Program-made: the position numbers and the translations under genes | Origin: Microbotryum violaceum | Taxonomy: Eukaryota | Assembly (NCBI GenBank): GCA_001244265.2 | Contig: LN717261.1 | Location: 3,425,591-3,470,504, forward strand | Direction: 5' to 3' | Length of the DNA stretch: 44,914 nt | Notes under the pieces: generated by a model | The model's database searches: none | What the model saw: only the letters and a program-made list of their open reading frames with translations | Told to the model about the DNA's origin: nothing | In this document: one piece after another, positions 22,350 through 34,690 of the stretch | Numbering within the stretch: the stretch's first letter is position 1 | How the letters are laid out: each line of letters starts with the position of its first letter

Positions 22350-23732
22350 ATGTCACGAACGGCGTTGATCTCATCGGCAGTCAACTTCCTACGTGACCCA
22401 ACTACGGCGTCCTCACCTCTCGCGCAAAGGATAGGGTTCCTTGAATCCAAAGGCCTCACATCGCAGGAGATTGAATTGGCTTTGGCTCAGGCTAATGGAT
22501 CTGGATCTGCACCGGTTGGGATGGGGTCGGGGATGAGGATCGGAGGTCAGCAGGGTGTGGGTATGGTGGCTGGGAGGAGGGAGTACGAGAGGGATTGGAG
22601 GGATTGGTTCATCATGGCCGTGGTGGGAGGTACGGTAGGGTATGTCGCGGTCAAGTTGACTCAGGTGAGTGGGAACTTTGTGGGGTGCATTGTCTTAGAT
22701 TGCATGTCTGAGCGTGTAGCCGGTGAGGGTCACACGCCGGCGGTGGGGTCACAGTGCGCTTTGCGGTGCAAGTCGACCACGGGGAGGTCATAGGCGCTTA
22801 CAAGCACAGGGTTTACTGATCAAACTCTACCCCCACCAGAAATTCATCGTGCCCCACCTGCAACCGCCCTCCGAGTCCGAACTCGAAGCGGCGCAGAAAG
22901 CGCTCGAGGCCAAATACGACGAAGCGGCTGAGATGCTTCTCACATTACAACAATCGACCGATGCGTTGTCGCAATCGTTGGATGAGCAGAAGAGTGCGGT
23001 CGAGAACGAGTTGGAAGAAGTGAGGAAGGCCGTGGAGGAGATGCGGGAGGGGGAAAAGAGGAGGGAGGAATGGAGCAAAAAGGTCGGCGATCAGGTCGAT
23101 GAGGTTGTTAGAGGCTTGCCTGGGGTGAGTTTATGGCTACGTTTGAGGTCAAGAATACGATGCTGATGCGCCTCCTGTTCTGGACTTTACAGCTTCTGGA
23201 GAAGCAAGCCTCGGCCTCGGCGCAGTCATTGACGGACCTGCAAACCGAGCTCAAGTCACTCAAATCATTGCTTATCGCTCGTCGTCCTACGCCTTCAACA
23301 TCGACCTACACGCCTCCCGCCACGACCGCCACCGCTCCAATCGCGAACGGCTCCTCGTCCTCGTCGACGGCGGGTCCGGCCGCGATCCCGACCGATTCGG
23401 CGACGACCTCAACACCGTCGACCACTGCCGCGAGCGGATCCAACGATGCCACATCTCGATCTTCCAGCCCGTTCCCCGTTCGTAAGCCCGGCATTCCAGC
23501 ATGGCAACGCTCCGGCGCCTCGTCCGCTTCTCTCGCTTCGGATTCGTCGACCTCGTTGGCGACTGCGGCTGCGGAGGGATCGGCGTCAAGCTCGGCGGGA
23601 AAGGTTAATGATCAGGACCCGTCGGCGAGTGGGGTATTGGTGGAGAAGGAGGATGCTGCACCATCGGTAGTTGTGCGAGGTCAGAGTGAGCAAGCGTCGT
23701 CGAAAGCGACGACAGAGGGTGTCAAGGAGTGA
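22350..23732 (+). CDS. PEX14: Peroxisomal membrane anchor protein Pex14 (exons 22350-22664, 22840-23124, 23193-23732)
   Basis: RTALISSAVNFLRDP...RIGFLESKGLTSQEIELAL (Pex14_N), DWRDWFIMAVVGG, coiled coil with ELKSLKSLL, C-terminal IPAWQ; canonical in-frame introns. Confidence 0.95.
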
Positions 23733-25323
23733 AGGGTGGAACGGTGCCAAGGGCGGTGCATGCTTCACGATTTTGTACCGTGGAAAGCAGCCATTATTGT
23801 AATCGGGCAAAGTTCTCACGAATCATCTAGTTTATGTCTGAGAATCTCCAAGCGCACCCATCGAAGGTCGCGGTTAGCTTGCGCGCAGGCAACTCGCCGA
23901 GCTGAAATCAAATCATGGGGCAAGCTCAATGGAACATTGGTGCTGGCTAGCTCGTAGTGCAGGAAAAGCCACTTTCATTAAGAAAATGTCGAAATCTTTG
24001 AGAGCCTCAGTTTTCGATGGTCACAGATCAAAGATAACATTCAAGTCGCAACATGGCCCCATCACGGCCGACGTCTGTTCTTTCTGGGGGAGTGATGACT
24101 GCGCGCGTGGGCCTTTGTGCGAGCATGCGGCGCGGGCCAATTTTCGAGGCAGGTGGGATCAGCCTGACGGGCGCTTACGGGCTTTTGCTCTTTCTCCCCC
24201 GCCATTCCCACCCTCTCAGACACGAGCGTCGCCTCCTCGTCCGCTACAGCTGACAACCGATCGTACCCGAGAGTCTATCGACTTGATTGATCGACCGTTG
24301 CTTCATACGCTCATCCACTCTGAACAGATCGACCCCGGTGCGCGCTGTGGCGTGGTCTGCATCGCATCATCGTTTGGCAGTGTGCGACTGATCATCGCGC
24401 TCTCTCTCTCTGCTGACTGCGCACCGCCGGTCTCGCCGGTCTCGCCTCCGCCTGCGCTTCGCCCTGTCGCCCTGCGCGTCGGCCACCCACCGTCCTCCCA
24501 CGTCAGTCGAACCCAAGTCCGGGCGCTAACCCGCCGGCAGGTGCAAGAGGTGCTTCCCGATCCGACCCACGGTCCTCGGCAGTGATCAACCCCACAAGCA
24601 CATCATCAACATCGACTGTGGTTACGTTGTAATACCAATCGACGAATACGGCTCCCCTCAAGTCGCCTCACCGAGCACACCAGGTCACTTGTTTCGCTGT
24701 TCTTGGTCCTCAACGTCACGCTTTCGACCTCATATTTGGACCGGGCGGCGTCATCGTTGCGATCACCCGCCGAAGCTTTCGCATCAGCACCCATCGACTG
24801 ATCCGCGCTTGGCTCTAGTACTACACTAGTCTTCTCTGTCTGTGAGTGTCAGATCTTATCGGGGTTGCTGTAGGTTGTGGGTCCGTTCGAGACCGGTACA
24901 CGTATAGCATCGTTGGACCGTGCCGGGGAGCCCGGGGTCACCCGCCTCCGGAATGCCCAATTCGACGTGCGGAGGGGGTTCTTGCATGCCTTTGACGACG
25001 ATCGGGCAAGTGGCGAACCTCCCATCCGTCAATTTGGACAGGATCGGATCACTCTCCGCCCTCACTCGAGGGCTCTGTGTACTTTGTATGTGTCGCTTCG
25101 GGCGCCGCTCACCGGTATCGCGCAGCAGCTGGTCGCGTTTGACCCGTGACGATTACCCCGTCTAGCAGCACTACGGTGCCTGTGTCATCATTTGACATCG
25201 ACTTGGTCATTATACACCTGCTGGATACTACGGGGACCAAAGCCATACCTTCAGTACACGCGCTAACGTCATCCTCCCAGTCTGTCCTGTGCGCAGCCGA
25301 CCGGGCCGAAGCATTCAATCATC

Positions 25324-27264
25324 ATGGCTCGCACTCTTTCGGATCGTAGCAAGGAGTCTCGTAAGCTCAGACAATCGGACGACTATACCTCTAAAACTAC
25401 GCGTCCTGAATTTACATCAACCCCCGCAGAATCAAAAACGAAGCCCCTCGCTTTATCCATGGTCGCCTCGACCTCAACCTCGACCTCGACCTCGAACTCG
25501 GCGCCGGTCTCCACTTCTTTTGGTTTCGCTCCTGCACCACCCACGCCCGTTTTTCAGACACCCGTTCCACTCTCACACGTCATCGAGAAGAACGTTCCCC
25601 CTGCGACTAGTGCCCATTCCGTTCAGCCGCAACCCCCTGCGCAAGCTGAGCCTCAGCCAACCGTGGGCTCTGATCAACTCGTCGTTCCTGAACAACAAGA
25701 GGCGATGTCGTTCGACCTACCTTCACCTTTCATGAGACCGCACGAAATTGAGGACCAAGCCGAGGAAGCCGAGGTTGAAGGCTTGGTGCTTGCTCGGGTT
25801 GATAATACAGCGAAGACTAATGGGGTCAAGAAGGGGCTTAAGAAGTCGGTAGGGTCTTTGGGTACGACTATAAAGGCTCCTGGGACGGGAGTGAAGGTTA
25901 CGAATGCGAAAAGGGGTAAGGCGAAGGCGATAACGGCGAAGCAAGGTTCTAGTATAGGTAATCATCCGAATCCGAGTTCGGCCGCGGCGAGAGGACGTGG
26001 ACGTGGACGTGGACGTGGACGCGGACGCGGTGCCAAGGCCGTCGTGGGGAAGAGAGGGGCGACGAGCGCTGGTACTGCTACGAAAGTTGGTTCGTTGACC
26101 AAGGCAACTGCGGCGAAGAACGATAAAGCGAAAAAGGTCGAGGCTGTGCCAGCGCGGGAAGTGGTACCGCAAGCGACGACGAGTATCGCTCCGGCAGTGA
26201 CGACGATAGCGACTCCCGTAGCGGCGGCGATAGAGGCGACTCCAGTAGCGCCGGAACAACCTGTCGCCGTCGCCGTTGCCGAGACAGAGATGCAAACCCA
26301 AGGGCGTAGCAAGCGAGCTCGACGGGTCGAACCGGGTCGTTATGCCGAACCGGCTTCGCCTCCTCCGAAGAAGATGAGGCTTAGCAAGGGACCGAAAAAG
26401 GGGAGGAAGCGCAAGTATGATGATGATGAGGATGATGAGGATAAGAAACGTTATGTGAGTGTTCACGAACGGTGATGGGGGGCCTTTCGGTTCGATCATA
26501 GGGCTGATGGAGGGTTTTCCTTCTTTCGGTCGATATAGGTCTGCACTCAACCGGGGTGCGACAAGTCTTTTGCGAGAAACTTCAACTTGAACGCCCACCT
26601 CGACACCCATCGAGGAATTCGTGATTGTGAGTCTATCGATGCTGGCTTTTCGTCCCATTGATGTATCGAGCGAGCGTTTTGACTCTTTGAGCTGACCCTG
26701 GATCTGGATGGGTTAAAAAATCCATCAGACGCCTGCCACGAGTGCGGCAAGCTGTTCTCACGGCGCCACGACTGCACGCGGCACTGCGTCGCCGTGCACA
26801 ACGTTGATCGTGAAAGGGGTAAACTGGAAGTGCTTCGCGTGACGCCCGAACGAGCGCCGCATCAGAAACCGGGCGTGCAGAGGCAGCCGTCCCCTTTTGC
26901 GACGAGTGAGGCGTGGGCGAATAGTGGGTTGGTCGCCGCTCGAGCGAGCGAAGCGGGAGCGAGGAAGAGGAAGAGTAATGCTTTGAACGAGGGGAAGGAG
27001 GCAGCTTTGAGGGCCAAGAAGGGGAAGAAGGTGGCGGGGAAGAAGGTGGCGGAGGGGAAGGTGGCGGAGGGGAAGGTGGCGGAGGGGAAGGTAGCGGGGA
27101 AGGAAAAGGCCAAGACCAAGACGGGTGGGGGAAGGCTGCGCAGAGGTTCAAGAGGAACGCGCCGAATGGGCATGGATCACAAGCGGGGTTCAAGACGACG
27201 GGGTTGCCGATTAGGGGGAGGCCGAGGAAGGCCTTGGTTGCTTGAGGTCGGAGGGGGGAGTTGA
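25324..27264 (+). CDS. C2H2 zinc-finger transcription factor (3 exons, two fingers)
   Basis: Long low-complexity exon 1 with an RGRGRG tract and a basic KKGRKRK segment; exon 2 CTQPGCDKSFARNFNLNAHLDTH; exon 3 CHECGKLFSRRHDCTRHCVAVH followed by GKVAE repeats. Confidence 0.85.
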
Positions 27265-27687
27265 ATGATTGAGTGGCGTGTGCGTTGCGTGCGCTTCGAG
27301 GTGAGTTGCTTGCGATGGAAGGCAGAGATGGTGGTTCTCCCGGCTCGATGTCGGGATTTTGATTGTGAATTCTGGGTGCATGTGTTGTGATTTGCTCATA
27401 GTATAAGTGTCATTTTTATCCTTGAACATTATTCGGTGTATGATCGTTCCGACTTGATGCAATCACGTCATTGAATGCTGCGAGTGGTCGTGTGAGCATA
27501 GGCCCCGTCGTTTCTAATCGGGCAATGTTAATGCGCCTCTTGGCGCGCTAATTAGTCGGCAGGCGCGTGTATGACCGCTTGCTCTCTTTCACTCTCACAC
27601 TCAGCCCTGCGCGCGCACGCACACCGCGACCTCTCGCACCCACACGCACACGCCCAGCTACCCTACACCCCAGCCCCAGCATCGATC

Positions 27688-30600
27688 ATGCCATCACCAC
27701 CACCAAGACCCAGTCCAACAAGCTCTACCCCTCCCTCCGAAGCGGGGTCTGAGACTAGTACGCTCTCTGACTCGTTCGAGGAGCTCACCACAGACGGCCC
27801 AAGTGGTGCTCGTCCTACGCCATCGACCGGCTCAGCCGCCGCCACCGCCTCCGGGCCCGCGACCACGGCCAAGATCAATGGTCTAGGATTGGAAGCGGGA
27901 ATCGTGACGAGCTCAGCTTCGAATGTAGTGTTATCCCACGGAACTGAATTGGAATCCGGATCGGGATTGGGATCGGGATTAGAAACGGGAACGACAACGA
28001 CGCAGTCGCCGACCTGGTCCTCGTCATCGAGCCTCAGCAGCGCTGGAATCGCTTCTGGCTCATCTTCAGCCCCACCCACCGTAGCAGGCTCAGCGACGAC
28101 GACGACGACATCTGTGCCGGCGGTCAATGTTGATGCTACGCCGCAGGTCGCGATGAATAATGCTCAGGGGGGTGTGGGCTCTTCACCACGTGAGTTCTTA
28201 GCGAAGGGTGGGCAGGGAGAAGGGCGAGAGAGAAGATGCCATTCAGCCGGTGTGAACAGATGCACGGTGGTGCTGGTTCTGATGTTGATGGGGGTATTGC
28301 ATGCTGACGTATCGCCTCTTCCCGTGGTCAACCTGCCCCCCCTGTCTCCCTCTTTCCCCTGTCTCGACTACCACCACCAGCCTACACCACTCGCAAGCAA
28401 CAACCGGCGAGGACACTGGGCACGAATCAATCCAACTCGGCCTTTTCCTCACTCGACGCTTCTTCCTCGTCTCCGTCCGGGTTAACGATCCCCACACCCT
28501 CAGGCAAACCCATCGCCTCCACCTCGACCGCCACGACCGTTCCGACCTTGAACCCCGCCTCCTCCCTCTCCGCCCCACCGCTACTTCCCTCTCCTCAAGC
28601 AGCCCCCGCCCCACCAATCCTCACGTCCTCTACACCCCCACCTTACCCAGCTCTACACCTCCTCCCATTGAACGAAACGTTCGTACCGAAACAAATCTCA
28701 CTCTACCCACCTGGTCAGAGAATCAAGATTGGTCGACAGACGAACGCCAAGACGATCCCGAATGGTACGAATGGTTACTTTGATTCAAAAGTGTTGAGTA
28801 GGATGCATGCAGAGGTTTGGGCTGAGGATGGAAAGGTTCGTTTCTGCTTTCGGGGAATTCTCATAGGGGTGGAGTTAGCCGTACTGATTAAATTACCTTG
28901 GGCGGGTTTGGTGGGGGGAGCGCGCAGGTTCTTATCAAGGATGTCAAGAGTTCTAATGGTACTTTTATTGATGGTCAACGATTATCACCCGAGGCTGCGG
29001 AGAGCGATGTATTTGAACTTCGGACGGGTGTCACCGTCGTAAGTCCCAAGCTCGTGAGCAAAGTCACGCATTCACAAGCTGGAGAGAGGCTGATGGTTTT
29101 TATTATTATCACGTTCAACGCTTCAGGAATTCGGTATCGATATTGTCAGCGATGATGGCAAGTCGATCGTGCATCACAAAGTCTCGGCCAAGGTGTTGGT
29201 CGTCATGAACGCCGAAGATGCTCAAGCCAGTTCTCGGTGCGTTGTCGTGGAGACGTCTAGTTGAAAGCTGAGCCTGATCCGATTGGGACCATTATTTTCT
29301 TCAACAGCGAGTTCAATAATTGGTATCGCTACATTGAACAACAACCGGCGCAAAGACGAGGAATGCGTCAGATCGGTACCGGCTCCCTTGGTGGCAATTC
29401 GTTCATGGGTGGTGGTGGTAGCGCGCAACACCAAAACGCGCTCAACATTGATCATTTCCTAGGAAAACTACAAACCGAACTCGCCAAATCGCGAGAGACG
29501 GGATCTCACCTCAACGAAGTTTCGACTACTCTCAATGACGTACAGGATACGTTGGGGGGTGGAGTCGCGAACGCACCTTTACCACCTCCTGGTACTTCGG
29601 CGGCTTTGTTCTCGAGGGGTATAACCAATGGACAGGTTAATGCTCAACAACAAGCTTTGGCGCATCAACAACACGCGCAGTCGATTACGCAGTTGCAGAA
29701 TCAGTTACAGGAAACGCAATTATCCCTCGCGGGTCATGTAGGCAAGATGAAGGACCTCGAGGGGCTCTTGGCTGAACACGAGGCGATGAAGAGGGAGGTT
29801 GGCTCGTTGCGAAGGCAGATGGAGACGGACGTCGGGGCGGTACATCTTGCGAGGAGTGGGTCTGAGGGGGATACGTTGCCTCCTTCTGCGAGTGAGCGAG
29901 GAGGGAGGGAAAGTCCGATCGCGGCGATGTTGGAGGCGCAGGATCGGGCGGATCGCGAACGCGACCAAGTGCACGACGACGACGAAGACGATGACGACGG
30001 CGACGATGATGCGAGAAGTGTTGTATCGGTCGATACGGTCATCGGAGGTGTTTCGGGTCGACTTAATGGACGAGCGACTTCGAAACGCTCTCAAGGCGAC
30101 GCGAGGAGGGAAGTCGAGTTGCAGGAGCAGAACGCGCGCTTGAACGCTCGTCTCGATCAACTTGCGTCCGAGTTGGACGAAGCGATCAAGTTGGGACAAT
30201 CGCTGCGCTCGCAGCAGGAACAAGCCGCGACGACGATCCGGAAACTCGAGCAGCTCATCTCTGGCTTGGAGAAAAAGGTCGAGCGACAGACCGAAGCTGC
30301 GATCAATTCCTCAAGGGCTGTTCCTACCGGCGTTGCTGGTGTTGACGAGAAGAAACTTGGTGATCGGCTCGAGAGTCGGTGGATGGGTTGGAAGGAAATG
30401 TTTGAAAAGAGTTGGGAACGGGAGAAGAGGGATTGGCAGGTCGAACATGACAAGTTGAAGGTCGCAGTGCAGGAATGGGAGGAACGCAGGAGGGCTTCGT
30501 CCAGCGATGAGGAGGAGGACGCCGCTTCGGTCGGTCGGACAGCGGATGGCTCGGCGGCTGTTGCGGGTGCGGCGGCGGCGGGTGTCGCGGGTACGATCGC

Positions 30601-31209
30601 TAAGATCAAGTCCAAGAAAAAAGCCAAGCGGAGACGGACGAACGTCGCTATGCCTTCATCGTCATCCGGGGCGGATGATGTCATTAGATCGAAAGGTCTA
30701 GCAACATCGGCGACCTCAAATTTACCGCCTTTGTCATCTCTCGCCAAATCGTCGTTGTCGGGCTCGTCCGGTCCGAATCGGTTAACCACTCTCGCCAAGA
30801 GCTCGCACATTGACGATGTCGCGAGTGACTCTGATTCGACGATCGGTAGTCGAGGTACGATGCATGACGCAACGGGTGAAGCGACGATCAAACGCGGGCA
30901 GAGGAGTGGGGTCTCTGAGTGGGTGGGTGGGGAAAAGGGTGGTGTCGAAGGTGCGACGGGTCGGAGTGCGACGACGCCTTATGGAGGGGGAAGGAGGTTC
31001 GGTGATCAAGAAGGGTCCGGAGGTGTCATTATTGTGAGTACCGAGATTTGAACTCCTATTTTTGTGCAGTTCGCTGGTGGTTGATTAGGCTTCTTTTGTT
31101 TTTGTATTGCCGGCTCACACAGATTCAGCAAAAGCATGTCACGTCCGCCGTCGTGGTCGTCGTTGGCGTACTCACCGCCATGGCCGTATCGCTCAAGCTG
31201 AAAGAATAG
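27688..31209 (+). CDS. VPS64: FHA-domain, coiled-coil, tail-anchored protein; SLMAP/Vps64(Far9)/Far10-like STRIPAK subunit
   Basis: IKIGRQTNAKTIP...NGYFDSKVLSRMHAEVW...IKDVKSSNGTF...EFGIDIV...HHKVSAKV (FHA domain), long coiled coil, last exon VVVVVGVLTAMAVSLKLKE stop (C-terminal transmembrane segment). Confidence 0.87.
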
Positions 31210-32229
31210 TTTGTAATCGGCTTTCCTTCTCCATCTTTGTACGATGAGGGCTACGAGGTTTTTTCAGCCGCACCTAGGAAGAAGAGTGCACTTTGGGTTT
31301 TTTTTTTTCTTCTTCTCTCTTTCCTTTGCGCGTTCCAAGACTTTTTTTTTCTTCTTCTTGATGATGACCACCCTATACTTCTTGTGATCAATGCAATGCA
31401 CTTGGGTTGAAGAACAATCTACTTTACGACCCTTGAAATGGTGGGACGGGACAAGTCGTCAAGCGGATAGCTAGTACTTATAGTGAGCGATTTCGAGATC
31501 AGCACTTTGAAGCTTGTCCGGCGTTGGAGCTTAAGCTTGGGGGATTGCTTGAAAAAGCCCTTTTATTTCCCGGGGCGAAGGCTTCTATAAATTCCATGTG
31601 CCATGTGTTCGCGAGTAGGGTCTTTTTGATGTATCGTTCGTAGTTTTCAAATCGGCGCGTAGGAATTGAGCTTATTAAACGACAGCGACAAGTAAGGACC
31701 CGAAAAGAGTCTTCTTCCACATGTTCGAGTTCGCTGAGTAGTAGTCTCAGTAAAAGTTGTGCCCCCCCCCGCCCCCCCTCGAGTACAGGAAGCAAAGTTG
31801 TCAGTAGTATAGTGGTCATAAGAATCGTGAAAGTCGTTTCCGTCGTGAGAGTGGGATATAGTTTTTTTTTGGGGGGGGGGGGACGAGTGTGTCAAAAAAA
31901 TAAAATAAAAAAAGTCCAGGTCGAGCCAAGGATTATTTTTTTCGGGAATTTGAAGTATAGCTTTGAAGAACCAAAGGAGTTAAGTTTCAAAGACGTTCTT
32001 TCGATCTTCAATCTTCACAATAATACCCTTCAGTAGACTGACTAGCTTGTATCAAGCAAAAAGTGGTTACCATGCGATCAAAAATCAATTTTCACTGCAA
32101 AAAGATTCTCGCATCGTACCCCAAACTCCAAACTCTTTCCAATCTAAATCGTATACCACATCCTCTTCTCCTAACCCACTCCTAGCAAAAAATCTCCTTG
32201 CTGCTCTCGTAGGTGTTCTTTGATTTGAT

Positions 32230-33571
32230 CTAGTTCCCGTAGAGTTCCTCCTTGAGTGAGACGCCGAGTTCCTTACGCAAGGGAGCGGTCTCGGTTACGT
32301 AGGCTTGGTATTGGGTCGCGTTCTCCGTCTTTTCCTCTGTTATCAGAATCGTAGGACGGTGGTCCAGGCGTAGAGAGGGTAGGGGTCGGAAGGGTGGTAG
32401 GCGGGGTTGCGGTGCGTGGGGGAAGTGGAGGTGCAGAGAAGGATTCAAGGGGGGTACGGAAACGGTACGGATCGCAGCGCGGCACATGAAGGATGAAGGA
32501 CGGAGGAGACGAGAGAGAGAAAAGGTAGACGGGCACGATCAGAACAATTCGTGGGAGGACAACAGTATGAATCAAAGGTACTGACTCAATCCTTCGAAAA
32601 TTCGGACGGCGGTCGAATAGTCGTTCACTCGGCGAGCGGCCTTGAGCGCCTCTTCGACAACTGCAAGAGGCGGAAAGCGTGCTCGGGCGGAGAAAGTGGG
32701 GGAGGAGGTTGAGAGAGTCAGTTTTTGAGTTCTCCGGAAGCATTCAGTGCGGTGCAAATGTTTCGTTCGGTGCGGTGACGTCGTTTCCGCGTTTATGATC
32801 GGGTTAGCGAGGGAAGGATCGTAGTAGTGTGATCCACATCGCGCTCGGCGCTCGGCGAGGTGCTTTGATCGTCGCACTCGACCACGAGTTGTGCACCAAA
32901 GTCGATGTTTGGTTCCGTAGGTGATGCGGATGTTGGGATCCTGGTGCGAACCCCCCCTTCCCACTACGACGCCACCGTTCCTACGGTCGCGGACGCGCTA
33001 CACCAACCGCGGTACGCTGCCCATAGTAAGGTCGATAATGTACTGACCCTGTTGGGAAGGTACCAAGTCGTACGCGAAGCAATTGTTGAGTCCGCGTTGT
33101 AGCTCGAACAAGTCCTGCGCGTTGGCGAAGAAGTCGGCGTAGCGGCGATTGAAGGACTCGTAGTCCTCTGCGGCGGCGTGCGACGAGTGGCGCACTGCGT
33201 GAGGGGTTTCGTGGATGGGGCAAGTGAGTTCGGGTTGAGGGGTGTGTGATGAGTCGAGTTGGTGGGTGTGCGGAGTGCGGTGAGGTGGGAGCGCGGAACG
33301 GATCGGATCGAACACGGATAGGGATCGGTGCGACAAGAGTCATAGGTTCCGGGTGGTACAGAGCACGTCGAGAGTATGATATGGGGAAAGGAAAGGAGAT
33401 GGCTCAGTCTTTGACCTATGGCGAGGCTCCCTCGGGGTGCGGTTCTCTGTTCTCTCTCTCTCTCTCTCTCTCAACCAACGTACCGGCCACCGGAGCGACG
33501 ATCGACCGTTGTTGGCGAGCGACCGTCAGCAGAGGTCGGGACGAGGAGCGGAGCGTGGAAAGGCCAAACAT
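32230..33571 (-). CDS. COX6: Cytochrome c oxidase subunit VI/Va (exons 33571-33484, 33194-33048, 32660-32586, 32336-32230)
   Basis: Presequence MFGLSTLRSSSRPLL..., then DLFELQRGLNNCFAYDLVPS, VVEEALKAARRVNDYSTAVRIFEGLKEKTEN..QYQAY...LRKELGV; all three introns are phase-consistent GT-AG. Confidence 0.95.
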
Positions 33572-33868
33572 GCTGGTCGTGATGGGCGCTGGTGGGGTTG
33601 GTGGGGTTGGTGGGAGGAATGGGTGCGAGGAATGGGTGGATCGTACGGAGATGAGAGCGCAGGCAGGCGGGCGCGGGCGGGCAGCTGGGCACGAAGCAGG
33701 CAAAGTCACAAAGCATAGATTAGCAGTTTGGGATTAGCTTTCCAACTAATAAGCGCAGGCGCAGATAGCAGTTGCAATTTGATTTCGACCCCCCTCTCCC
33801 GCGATCCCCGGTTCATCTGGCGGCACACCCCGCATCCGCATCGCACCTACATCTGACCCACCGCAACG
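33572..33868. promoter_or_regulatory. Putative bidirectional promoter between COX6 and mitochondrial uL10
   Basis: 297 bp separate two divergent start codons; inferred from gene geometry only. Confidence 0.55.
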
Positions 33869-34690
33869 ATGCCACGGATAGCAACAAGAATCATCCGCGC
33901 ACTCGTCACCACTCCATCCCACACGAGCACCCCCCTCGCCCGAGCCTACGCAACCGCGGCCAACTCTACTTGCTCCCCCTCTTCCACTTCCTCATCGCAT
34001 CCTCCTCAACCACCTCCAACCCACGCTCGAACCCGTCCCCTGCCCGCTCGAAAACAACTCTTGTACGCCTCCCACGCGAACCTACTCACCTCGAACGAGC
34101 TCGTACTTTTCCTACGTCAAAACGACTTTACGGCGCAAGAATACAACACCCTAAGGACCCAATTAAACGCTCTAACCGGAACCGAACCACAATTCAAGTA
34201 TACGTTCACCGTATTGAGACCCGGTTTATTATCGGCCCTATTGAGGGATTCAACTTTGGTACAAGCTATCGAAGCGGATTTTTTGGCCCAGGATTCTCAT
34301 ACCAAAGGTGCTTTAAGCGTACTCACCGCCAAAAAGTTGGATCCACCTACGTTGAAAAAAGTGATCAAGTTGGTCAATACGTATTCGGCATTACCTTTCG
34401 CTAATCAGCCCCCGCCGGAGGCAACAAAGGGTATTCCGGAACCTACTCCGGAGAGGTTGAAGATCCTTTCGGCTTTGGCCGAGAGAAAAGCGATCGAACA
34501 GGAACGTGTCAACGGTTTAGGCGAGTTGCCGAATTTGCATACCTTGCGTGCTCAGTTGGTGGGATTGTTGTCGAGTCCGGCGGGGAGGTTGGTGGGTGTT
34601 TTGGGAGCGCGCGCCGACGAGGTCAAGAGGACCTTGCAGGGATTTCAGTTGGGCTTGCAGGAAAAGCAGGAGCCAGGGAACAAGAAGTAG
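33869..34690 (+). CDS. MRPL11: Mitochondrial large-subunit ribosomal protein uL10m (yeast Mrpl11-like), intronless
   Basis: Arg/Ser-rich presequence, RKQLLY...LVLFLRQNDFTAQEYNTLRTQL, and the L10 C-terminal signature LPNLHTLRAQLVGLLSSPAGRLVGVL. Confidence 0.82.
   Translation: MPRIATRIIRALVTTPSHTSTPLARAYATAANSTCSPSSTSSSHPPQPPPTHARTRPLPARKQLLYASHANLLTSNELVLFLRQNDFTAQEYNTLRTQLNALTGTEPQFKYTFTVLRPGLLSALLRDSTLVQAIEADFLAQDSHTKGALSVLTAKKLDPPTLKKVIKLVNTYSALPFANQPPPEATKGIPEPTPERLKILSALAERKAIEQERVNGLGELPNLHTLRAQLVGLLSSPAGRLVGVLGARADEVKRTLQGFQLGLQEKQEPGNKK

Noticed and set aside
25723..30891. Long antisense ORFs over the C2H2 and FHA genes
   Set aside because: Shadow frames of GC-rich, low-complexity coding sequence.
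32661..33047. TPP riboswitch or C/D snoRNA in COX6 intron 2
   Set aside because: I could not find the TPP core (CUGAGA with AUACC/CUUGA) or a terminal RUGAUGA box C; kept only as an unclassified structured RNA candidate.
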